A stretch of DNA of 64,000 nucleotides, from NCBI GenBank assembly GCA_947625115.1, contig CANQND010000003.1, forward strand, positions 4,738 through 68,737, in the 5' to 3' direction. The translations under genes were made by a program, and so were the position numbers. The first letter of the stretch is position 1; every line of letters begins with the position of its first letter. Origin of the DNA: an uncultured Clostridia bacterium (GTDB lineage Bacteria > Bacillota > Clostridia > Christensenellales > CAG-314). The notes beneath the pieces are model-generated. The model was not told the origin of the DNA, made no database searches, and saw only the letters and a list, made by a program, of their open reading frames with translations. This document shows, in pieces, positions 37,638 through 44,843 of the stretch.

Positions 37638-38801
37638 ATGAAAAACAATTTTGTTGCTATTTTGGATTTCGGTTCGGGCAAGATCACTTGTATGGCGGCG
37701 ACCAAAGTGTCGGATAACGGCGACTTTGTTATCAAAGCGGTAGGACAATCCTCTTACAGCGGTTTCGACGACAACGCTTGGTACGAACCCAACGTGTTGA
37801 AAACGGCGATAAGTCAGGCAATCGCCCAAGTAGAGGGTAAAATGCGTTGCAGCGTAAAAGAAATTTACGTCGGCGTTCCCGGTGCCTTTTGCGCGTTGGT
37901 AACAAGTCAGGCTTCGTTGACTTTCCACTCCAAAAAGAAAGTGGACGCAGACGACGTTGCGGAAATAATTCGCAAAGCAAATATCTACGAGGCGAGCGAC
38001 GAGTACTTTGCATTGGAGGGCAGACCCGTATACTATCTGGTGGACGGCATAATACGCACCGAAAACGCGGTTGGCACGATAGGAAACAAATTGACGGGCT
38101 TGGTGTCTTTTTCCTACATAAAAAAGTATTTCCGCAACAGCGTGGGGGCAATTCTCAACGAATTGGGTATTCGCCGCGTGCATTACGTCAACTGTTGCGA
38201 AGCGGAAGCCGCATTTATCGCCAACTCAATGGTAAAAAGCCCCTATTCGATTGTTATCGACATCGGACACATAACAACAAACGTTATGCTGTGCGGCGGT
38301 AACGGCTTGCTGTTTCAGCGAACTTTCGCGCTCGGTTCGGGCTATTTTGCGGGAGATTTGTGTCAGGTACTCGGGTGCGATTTCAGGTTTGCCACCGCTT
38401 TGTTGGAAAAAGTCAATCTCAACCTCGAAGTGAGATCGGGCGACGCGTACTCGGTAAACGACCGCGCGGTGGACGCGGTGCAGACCAACGAAGTCGTAAA
38501 AGCGAGGATCAACCAAATAGCAAACTACGTTATGAGAAGTTTTTCGATGTGCGACAAAGAAATTCCCGTAGATACTCCCGTAATTTTGACGGGCGGCGGC
38601 TTGGCATATCTGCGCGGCGGAATAGACGTTCTTGCGCAAGCGTTGCAAAAGCCTGTGAGAATGTACCGCAGCGTAAACCCGCAGACCAATCGCAACGAGT
38701 ACACATCGAGCTACGGATTGATTTACGAAGCAATCCGTTCTAACAAAAACAGTGGCGGATTGTTTTCAGTACTTAAATTTATCCGCAAAGGAGATAACTA
38801 A
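37638..38801 (+). CDS. ftsA: cell division protein FtsA (actin-like ATPase)
   Basis: The phosphate-1 motif AILDFGSGKITC, the DIGHITTN and LTGGGLAYLRG motifs, and the position before ftsZ. Confidence 0.85.
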   Translation: MKNNFVAILDFGSGKITCMAATKVSDNGDFVIKAVGQSSYSGFDDNAWYEPNVLKTAISQAIAQVEGKMRCSVKEIYVGVPGAFCALVTSQASLTFHSKKKVDADDVAEIIRKANIYEASDEYFALEGRPVYYLVDGIIRTENAVGTIGNKLTGLVSFSYIKKYFRNSVGAILNELGIRRVHYVNCCEAEAAFIANSMVKSPYSIVIDIGHITTNVMLCGGNGLLFQRTFALGSGYFAGDLCQVLGCDFRFATALLEKVNLNLEVRSGDAYSVNDRAVDAVQTNEVVKARINQIANYVMRSFSMCDKEIPVDTPVILTGGGLAYLRGGIDVLAQALQKPVRMYRSVNPQTNRNEYTSSYGLIYEAIRSNKNSGGLFSVLKFIRKGDN

Positions 38802-40021
38802 TGGAAAATACAAATGCCGGAATTGCAAAAATATTGATAGTGGGCGTAGGCGGTGGCGGCGGTAACGCCGTAAACAGTATGATAAAGGCGGGTATCAACA
38901 ACGTGGAATACCTTGCTCTCAACACCGACCAACAAGCGTTGTCCAAATTGAGCGCGAAGAAAATGGCGATAGGCGAAAAACTTACCAAGGGACTCGGCGC
39001 AGGTGCCAATCCCGAAGTGGGCAAAGCCGCCGCTTTGGAAAGCAAAGAAGCCATTCAGAACGCGTTGCAAGGCGTCGATTTGCTGTTTATCGCGGCAGGT
39101 ATGGGAGGCGGCACGGGTACGGGCGCGGCTCCCGTAGTGGCGCAGATAGCCAAAGAGTTGGAAATATTGACTATCGCCGTCGTTACAAAACCTTTCAATT
39201 TCGAGGGCGTGAGGCGTATGAAAAACGCCGAAATGGGTATAGAAAATTTGAAAGGCAACGTAGACTCGCTGGTGATAGTTCAAAACGAAAAGCTCAACCG
39301 CGACAAAAACTTTTCGATAATGGACGCGTTTGCCAAAGCGGACGAAATTTTGTTGCAGGGCATACGCGGAATAACGGACATAGTTGTTCAGGACGGTCGT
39401 ATCAACCTTGACCTTGCCGACATCAAATGCGTTATGCGCAACAGCGGAATGGCTCATATGGGCGTCGGAGAGGGCAAAGGTAAAAACAAAACGATCGACG
39501 CTATACGCAAAGCCGTGTACTCTCCTTTGTTGGAAACAACCATTCAGGGCGCGTCCAGCTTGATTGTCAACTTCCGCGGAGGCGAAGATTTGTCCTTGGA
39601 CGAAGTTACAACGGGCGTAGACCTTGTTAGACAGGTCATTTCTCCCGACGCAAACGTTTTGTTCGGCGTTGCTTTCGACGAGGAAATGAAAGACGAGGTG
39701 CAAGTGACGTTGATTGCAACGGGCTTTTCGGGCAAAGGCGACGGTCGCGCGGCGTTTTTCAGCAGTGAAGCCGCAACCCATGTAGCCGCCACAAACATAC
39801 AGCGTTCCAACGCAGTCAATCAACCCGCAGGCAACGGCAATCCTCTTGGCTCGGCAGAACCCGCGCGTGACGCGGCGCAACAAAACGGCGCGCCGTTTGC
39901 GCAACAACAGCCTCAGCGCGCGCCTCACGAGCAAGCTGCGGCACCGCAAACGATTTCGGGCAATGTCGCCGTCGAAGAGGATCCCTCGATACCGCCCTTT
40001 TTGCGCAGAATGAAAGAATAA
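38801..40021 (+). CDS. ftsZ: cell division GTPase FtsZ
   Basis: GVGGGGGNAVN and the tubulin signature GMGGGTGTGAAPV. A conserved C-terminal peptide DPSIPPFLRR is present. Confidence 0.96.
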   Translation: MENTNAGIAKILIVGVGGGGGNAVNSMIKAGINNVEYLALNTDQQALSKLSAKKMAIGEKLTKGLGAGANPEVGKAAALESKEAIQNALQGVDLLFIAAGMGGGTGTGAAPVVAQIAKELEILTIAVVTKPFNFEGVRRMKNAEMGIENLKGNVDSLVIVQNEKLNRDKNFSIMDAFAKADEILLQGIRGITDIVVQDGRINLDLADIKCVMRNSGMAHMGVGEGKGKNKTIDAIRKAVYSPLLETTIQGASSLIVNFRGGEDLSLDEVTTGVDLVRQVISPDANVLFGVAFDEEMKDEVQVTLIATGFSGKGDGRAAFFSSEAATHVAATNIQRSNAVNQPAGNGNPLGSAEPARDAAQQNGAPFAQQQPQRAPHEQAAAPQTISGNVAVEEDPSIPPFLRRMKE

Positions 40022-40038
40022 ATCGTAATTCTTACGGA

Positions 40039-40069
40039 AAGACTTACTGAATACGGGTAAGTCTTTTTG
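40039..40069 (+). terminator. intrinsic terminator after ftsZ
   Basis: AAGACTTAC / GTAAGTCTT stem followed by TTTT. Confidence 0.7.
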
Positions 40070-40144
40070 ACCTGATATAAAACAGGTTTGGATCTTCTTC
40101 GGAAGATCAACAAATACAAACCGCCGTAATAAAATAGTAACATA

Positions 40145-41365
40145 ATGGACGAACAGATAAACAAATCGGAACAATTGCAAAAAGAAACGGAAGAAACCGA
40201 ACAAAAGGAAACGGAAGCGTCATATAGCTCTGCCGTGGCGGAGAACGACGCGCCGCAACCCGAACAACCCAATCGGCGTAAAAAGATATGGAAAATCATC
40301 GGCACGGTGGCTTTTGTGCTTATTATCGTGGCGATAATCGTGTACACGGCCGTATCGGATTTTTCGGGCGAAGAAGTGGACGTTGCAAAAGTTTTTAAGC
40401 TGATTGGCAGCAGGTGGTATTACTTGCTTGTGTTGCTCGGCTTGTTTTTTGCTATGATTTTGCTTGAAACGCTAAAATTGTTTTTTATGATTCGCAAAAC
40501 CACTCACACCTACAAATTCGGTACAGCGTTCAATTGCGCGGTATTGGGCAGATTTTATGACTATGTTACGCCCTTTGGCTCGGGCGGACAACCTTTTCAG
40601 ATCTATTATCTGGCAAAGCACGGAGTTGCGGGCGGTCCTGCGGGCGCAATACCTATCGGTTCTCTTTTCTTGACGCAATTTACATTCTTTTTGTGCGCGA
40701 TAGTGTCCTTTTGCGTGGGTGTTCCGTCGGAAATAGTGCCGCTGACGGTGCAAATATTGGCTTACGTAGGGGCGGTGTTTTACATTGCTGTTCCGTTGTT
40801 CTTGGTTGTGTTCTCTTTCTTTCCGAAAGCGGGTAACAAAGTTATAGATTGGGGCGTCAACGTTCTTGCCAAAATACGAATTTGCAAAAACCCCGACAAG
40901 TGGAAACAAAAAGGTCACAAAGCCTTGGAAAACAACAAAAAAAATATGACGATAATTTTCCACTCTAAAAGAGTGTTGATTGTCGGTACGTTTTTCGCCT
41001 TGTTGTACAACATTGCTCAATGTTCGTTGCCGTACTTTGCTTTGTTGCTTTTCCCCGACGCATTGTCTGCATACGGGTGGACGCCCTCGTGGGAACTTTG
41101 GTTCGAGGTTACGCGGATAACGTTCTTTATTTACTGCGCAATCACTTTGATACCTACGCCGGGAAACTCGGGAGCCGCAGACGGTACATTTTACGGTTTG
41201 TTCAGGCAGGTCCTGTTTACAATCGCAGGCGCAAGTTTTACCTGTATGATGGTGTGGAGAATATTCAGTTTCTATTCCTATCTATTGTTGGGCATTGTAG
41301 TTTCAGTGGGAATTAAAGCGGCGGAAAAAATACGCGCGCGGCGGCAAAACTTATTATTGCAATAA
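40145..41365 (+). CDS. flippase-like membrane protein (LPG_synthase_TM/UPF0104 family)
   Basis: An acidic N-terminal tail precedes about 8 TM segments, with the family-type motif YDYVTPFGSGGQPFQIYYLAK. Confidence 0.6.
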   Translation: MDEQINKSEQLQKETEETEQKETEASYSSAVAENDAPQPEQPNRRKKIWKIIGTVAFVLIIVAIIVYTAVSDFSGEEVDVAKVFKLIGSRWYYLLVLLGLFFAMILLETLKLFFMIRKTTHTYKFGTAFNCAVLGRFYDYVTPFGSGGQPFQIYYLAKHGVAGGPAGAIPIGSLFLTQFTFFLCAIVSFCVGVPSEIVPLTVQILAYVGAVFYIAVPLFLVVFSFFPKAGNKVIDWGVNVLAKIRICKNPDKWKQKGHKALENNKKNMTIIFHSKRVLIVGTFFALLYNIAQCSLPYFALLLFPDALSAYGWTPSWELWFEVTRITFFIYCAITLIPTPGNSGAADGTFYGLFRQVLFTIAGASFTCMMVWRIFSFYSYLLLGIVVSVGIKAAEKIRARRQNLLLQ

Positions 41366-41368
41366 TAA

Positions 41369-41398
41369 AGACTTTCGGGTGTTCCGAAAGCCTTTTTA
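41369..41398. terminator. bidirectional terminator between convergent genes
   Basis: CTTTCGG gtgtt CCGAAAG flanked by an A-run and CCTTTTT. Confidence 0.65.
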
Positions 41399-41401
41399 GA
41401 T

Positions 41402-42646
41402 TTACTGTTTTTTGTTTTCTTCAATAAGTTCTAAATACCTATTGTGTATTTTTTCTGTAATAGTATTCCAAGTAATATATATATCTTTATGAGCGTTTAC
41501 GCCTACATCGTGCAATTGATTTTTATCTTGTAGCGCATTGTACACGCCTTTTGCAAACAGTTCCGTATCGACAGGAAAAATGTACCCGTTTACGCCGTTT
41601 GTAATTGTGCAAGATGTTACGCTACCCTCTGCAAACACGGTAGGTGTAAAGCGTGAGGCGGCTTCGACCTGTACAAGGGAGGACACATCGTACAAACTCG
41701 GGAACAGGAACATATCTGCTGCTGCGTAGAGTTCGGTGACATTTTCTCTGTTCAGTTGACCTAACAAAAGTACCTCGTTTGTTAGATTATTGTCTTGTAT
41801 TCTTTTTAGTAATTTTTCTCTGTCGGGACCGTCCCCTGCGTAGATCATCTTGAAGTCGAGTCCGTATTTTTTTAGTACGGCAAGCACATCGACAATGAAC
41901 AGAATATTTTTTAGAGTTACAAGTCTGCCTACGAATATAAACAGCACTGTTTCGTCGTTTACGCCGTATTTTTCTCTTGTCTTTTGGCGTTCGGCGGGAT
42001 AGTCGTCGGCAGGTTGAATCATAGTACCGTTTGGTACGAGCATAACATTCCCCTTGTAACCGTAGCTAAGCAACGTATCTCTGCTTGCTGAGTGCATTGT
42101 CCACACTTCGTTACTGCCGTTGTAGCATTTCATAATATAGTGCATTAAAATCGGTACCAACAGTTTCGCTTGTTTTTGAAAATCTTTTTTGTACTGACTG
42201 TGGAACGTACTGACCAACGGTATGTTGCGTTTACGATGTAGTTTCAAGGCTGTCCTGCCTATCATAAAAGGCGAATGGCAATGGATTATGTCTATCCGTA
42301 ACTTTTTCAACAGTTTTCTAAATCGAGTGTCAAACATCGGCAACGGAACTTGATTACAAAGTTTTTTTGAGTAGCCACTCATTACGCCTATCGCCGGATA
42401 ACCTTTCATATACACTTTGTTTTTGTATGTTGGAACAAGCAACATTACGTTCATTTTGTCGGACAACAACTGTGCGCAGTTGTGTATAACCATAACAACG
42501 CCATCAACGGTTGGAAAGTAAGTATCGCAAGTTACTAAAACGGTTTTTTTACCGTTGTTGTTAAATTCATTTATAATGTTTGACATCAGTTGTTCATACT
42601 GTTTAGAACGTATGTCAAACTCGCCTACGCATCGTTCATCTATCAT
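41402..42646 (-). CDS. GT-B glycosyltransferase (family 4/group 1), low-GC
   Basis: N-terminal KKTVLVTCDTYFPTVDGV and C-terminal LFPSLYDVSSLVQVEAAS...NGVNGYIF are typical of GT4. No SD precedes either Met1 or Met21. Confidence 0.8.
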   Translation of the reverse strand: MIDERCVGEFDIRSKQYEQLMSNIINEFNNNGKKTVLVTCDTYFPTVDGVVMVIHNCAQLLSDKMNVMLLVPTYKNKVYMKGYPAIGVMSGYSKKLCNQVPLPMFDTRFRKLLKKLRIDIIHCHSPFMIGRTALKLHRKRNIPLVSTFHSQYKKDFQKQAKLLVPILMHYIMKCYNGSNEVWTMHSASRDTLLSYGYKGNVMLVPNGTMIQPADDYPAERQKTREKYGVNDETVLFIFVGRLVTLKNILFIVDVLAVLKKYGLDFKMIYAGDGPDREKLLKRIQDNNLTNEVLLLGQLNRENVTELYAAADMFLFPSLYDVSSLVQVEAASRFTPTVFAEGSVTSCTITNGVNGYIFPVDTELFAKGVYNALQDKNQLHDVGVNAHKDIYITWNTITEKIHNRYLELIEENKKQ

Positions 42647-42653
42647 AATCCAA

Positions 42654-42682
42654 ATTATAAAATATTACGTTAAAAATTGCAA
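42654..42682 (-). promoter_or_regulatory. sigmaA promoter abutting the GT4 start codon
   Basis: On the minus strand: TTGCAA, 17-nt spacer, TATAAT, then 7 nt, then ATG 42646. Confidence 0.55.
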
Positions 42683-42795
42683 GAGTTTTGAAAAGGTTGT
42701 GTATTTAAGTTATATCACGTACGGTTATTCAACAGAAAAAGCATATACGTATAAATTTATTTGTCGTGGGCATACTTTCAGCAGGAGGTAGAAAA

Positions 42796-43011
42796 ATGAA
42801 ATCTACAAAGAACACAAGTAAACCCGCAAAAAGCAGCAAAACGAGCGGTTGCTCCAACAGTCAAAACAAAACGTCCGATTGTTGCGGTAACAAGCGTAAC
42901 AGCAAGTCGTCCTCGCAAGAAGAGGACGGCGACCCACAGGGGAGCTACACGGGCAACCCCATAGGTTGGGGGAAATTTGCGGAACCCGTTCAGGACGCGG
43001 ACGATCTGTAA
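42796..43011 (+). CDS. small hydrophilic Lys/Ser-rich protein, 71 aa (unknown function)
   Basis: GGAGG SD 7 nt before the ATG. A low-complexity basic N-terminal half containing SGC and DCC is followed by an acidic C-terminus PVQDADDL. The gene ends at a bidirectional terminator. Confidence 0.65.
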   Translation: MKSTKNTSKPAKSSKTSGCSNSQNKTSDCCGNKRNSKSSSQEEDGDPQGSYTGNPIGWGKFAEPVQDADDL

Positions 43012-43041
43012 AAAAACTGTTGCAACTGCAACAGTTTTTTT
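43010..43041. terminator. bidirectional intrinsic terminator
   Basis: A7, CTGTTGCA ac TGCAACAG, T7. It is shared by the convergent small genes at 42796-43011 (+) and 43040-43267 (-). Confidence 0.8.
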
Positions 43042-43267
43042 ACTTGGGCGGATTGTGACTCAGCTCTATGGATATTCGGGAGGAATGATTGTCGCAGTGC
43101 AATTTCAACTTTCCGCACGGACAGCTGTAACAGTAGTCCAGATTGTGACCGTTGCATTGGGGCGGCTTGGGTCTGTCGGTACAACAATTGCCCCTATGTC
43201 GCCCGCAACAAACCGCGTCCAAATATGTTTGTTCATTCAAAAATCTACCCGATCCGCAACACTTCAT
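43040..43267 (-). CDS. candidate 75-aa Cys-rich peptide (11 Cys), possibly leaderless
   Basis: The ORF exactly fills the space between a near-consensus promoter and the bidirectional terminator. It has no SD. Leu codons are TTG/CTG as in host genes. No family was recognised. Confidence 0.5.
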   Translation of the reverse strand: MKCCGSGRFLNEQTYLDAVCCGRHRGNCCTDRPKPPQCNGHNLDYCYSCPCGKLKLHCDNHSSRISIELSHNPPK

Positions 43268-43272
43268 ACTAA

Positions 43273-43302
43273 ATTGTATGTTACGCGTACAAAATTTGTC
43301 AA
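43273..43302 (-). promoter_or_regulatory. sigmaA promoter of the Cys-rich peptide unit
   Basis: On the minus strand: TTGACA, 18-nt spacer, TACAAT, then 5 nt (ttagt), then ATG. Confidence 0.6.
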
Positions 43303-43307
43303 AATGC

Positions 43308-43336
43308 TTGAAAGTTTAATAAAAGTGTACTATAAT
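43308..43336 (+). promoter_or_regulatory. sigmaA promoter of acpP
   Basis: TTGAAA, 17-nt spacer, TATAAT. It is back-to-back with the minus-strand promoter, with the two -35 boxes 5 nt apart. Confidence 0.65.
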
Positions 43337-43361
43337 GTTTACATCATAGGAGGAATCAACA

Positions 43362-43595
43362 ATGGTTTTTGAAAAAGTACGCAAACTTCTTGCCGAATCT
43401 CTCAACATCGACGACCCGTCCAAAATCACTTTGGAATCAAATATCGTTCAGGATTTGGGCGCAGACAGCCTTGATATGGTGGAAATGCTTATGGCGTTGG
43501 AAGATAATTTCGGCATAACAGTTCCCGATGAAGCCGCCAACGAGCTTGTGACGGTTGGAGCCATCGTCAAATATATCGAAGATCAACAAAAGTAA
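43362..43595 (+). CDS. acpP: acyl carrier protein
   Basis: Phosphopantetheine attachment motif LGADSLDMVE. 77 aa, with AGGAGG SD. Confidence 0.93.
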   Translation: MVFEKVRKLLAESLNIDDPSKITLESNIVQDLGADSLDMVEMLMALEDNFGITVPDEAANELVTVGAIVKYIEDQQK

Positions 43596-43604
43596 AAAGT
43601 ATCG

Positions 43605-43639
43605 TCCGAACGCAAGGAAACGCGCGTTCGGATTTTTTT
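43605..43639 (+). terminator. intrinsic terminator after acpP
   Basis: TCCGAACGC / GCGTTCGGA stem followed by T7. Confidence 0.75.
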
Positions 43640-43754
43640 ATTTCCGAAAGCGTAGCCGCAAATTTTTATTGGGTAAAACAGCGTTTTTTACCATCGTTTG
43701 CGCAATATTTGTCGCATAAAAATAATAAATACCCAAGTTGCATAAACTACAACT

Positions 43755-44507
43755 ATGTACGAAGCAACCGTTAGCGTCGCAAAAGAAAACGCGCACTTAC
43801 TCGATTATGTAAAAAGGCAAATGGAACCCGCTTTGAGCGAAGTGGACGGGCTTGTCGCCGAAGCGGAAGATAAATTTCGCAATTTGTTTTCGTTGGCGTG
43901 CGCCGACACGTACCGATTTCAAATAAGGCGCAAACTTACCGACGTTGTGTCGCAAGCGTTGTCGTTGGGCTACAAAAACGTGTATGTAAGACAGTTGCTT
44001 AACGTAGACGGAAGAAATTTTTACCAAAACGTGCTTGTAAACACCATTTGTTTGTTCGATAACGATTTTGACAAGCAGGCGATTTCTCGCTTGGTGGACG
44101 CGGAACACACCGTCTGTATCGACGGCTACTACAATTTTCGTCTGGAAGCCGTCAAGCGAAAGTGGCAAGAGATAGTCAAGTTGGTAAGCGACAACTTCTA
44201 CGTTTTGACGGACAATCGCCTGATAACGGAATTTTTGCAATATCTTTTGGAATCGGCACCCAGTAAAGTCAAAAATTTGTCCGTTTCCATCGAGTCGGAC
44301 GGGTTTGTTCTGTACGGTGCGGCGGATAGAGTGGTGGAACCGACGCAATCCATTGCTCCGTACTTTTCGCCCGAAGAGGAGGCAATGCTCAACGTACTGT
44401 GGCTAAAACCGCAAAAAGTAAAAATTTATCACTCTTTGCCGCTGAGCAAACCTTTTTGCGCAATGCTCGAAGAGCTTTTCGACGTGGAATACGTTCAGGT
44501 GTCGTAA
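43755..44507 (+). CDS. ytxC: putative sporulation protein YtxC
   Basis: A 250-aa soluble protein immediately upstream of the thrS T-box, as for B. subtilis ytxC. The call is mainly syntenic, and no SD is visible. Confidence 0.55.
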   Translation: MYEATVSVAKENAHLLDYVKRQMEPALSEVDGLVAEAEDKFRNLFSLACADTYRFQIRRKLTDVVSQALSLGYKNVYVRQLLNVDGRNFYQNVLVNTICLFDNDFDKQAISRLVDAEHTVCIDGYYNFRLEAVKRKWQEIVKLVSDNFYVLTDNRLITEFLQYLLESAPSKVKNLSVSIESDGFVLYGAADRVVEPTQSIAPYFSPEEEAMLNVLWLKPQKVKIYHSLPLSKPFCAMLEELFDVEYVQVS

Positions 44508-44563
44508 AAGGGCTATATGCGTTGTCGTCAACGCAAAACTATGCAAAAATTTTACGTAAACAG

Positions 44564-44592
44564 TTGACAGAAATTTTCTTTGGGACTACAAT
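44564..44592 (+). promoter_or_regulatory. sigmaA promoter of the thrS leader
   Basis: TTGACA, 17-nt spacer, TACAAT (perfect -35 box). Confidence 0.7.
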
Positions 44593-44599
44593 TTGGTTG

Positions 44600-44819
44600 T
44601 AAATACGTTATAAGTAAAGACACGTTTTGCAAAGGTAGTTTCACAGAGAGTGACAGACGCTGCGATTGTCGCAAACGAGCTTGCAAAATACCGCTTGACT
44701 TGACGCGTCGGCTTTGACGACACAAAGCGCAAAGAGTGTACGGCTTATGCCGTAAAATAAGGTGGAACCGCGGAAATTTTTCGTCCTTATGAGTCTGTTT
44801 TGGCTTGTAAGGATTTTTT
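44600..44819 (+). promoter_or_regulatory. T-box riboswitch leader (threonine)
   Basis: AGAGAG box at about 44645 and T-box core AATAAGGTGGAACCGCGG at 44755-44773. A terminator (10-bp stem TCCTTATGAG/CTTGTAAGGA plus T6) lies at 44784-44819. The candidate specifier is ACC at 44690-44692. Confidence 0.85.
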
Positions 44820-44843
44820 ATTACAAAACGATAGGAGGCAAAT

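Noticed and set aside
40091-40108. Perfect 7-bp hairpin with UUCG tetraloop (GATCTTC ttcg GAAGATC) in the 5' region of the flippase-like gene
   Set aside because: The structure is real but too small to assign a function. It is probably an mRNA-stabilising 5' hairpin, so I did not promote it to a finding.
42977-43372. 131-aa + strand ORF spanning the terminator, two promoters and the acpP SD
   Set aside because: It runs through a bidirectional terminator and the acpP promoter and RBS. It is the aligned shadow of the minus-strand Cys-rich ORF.
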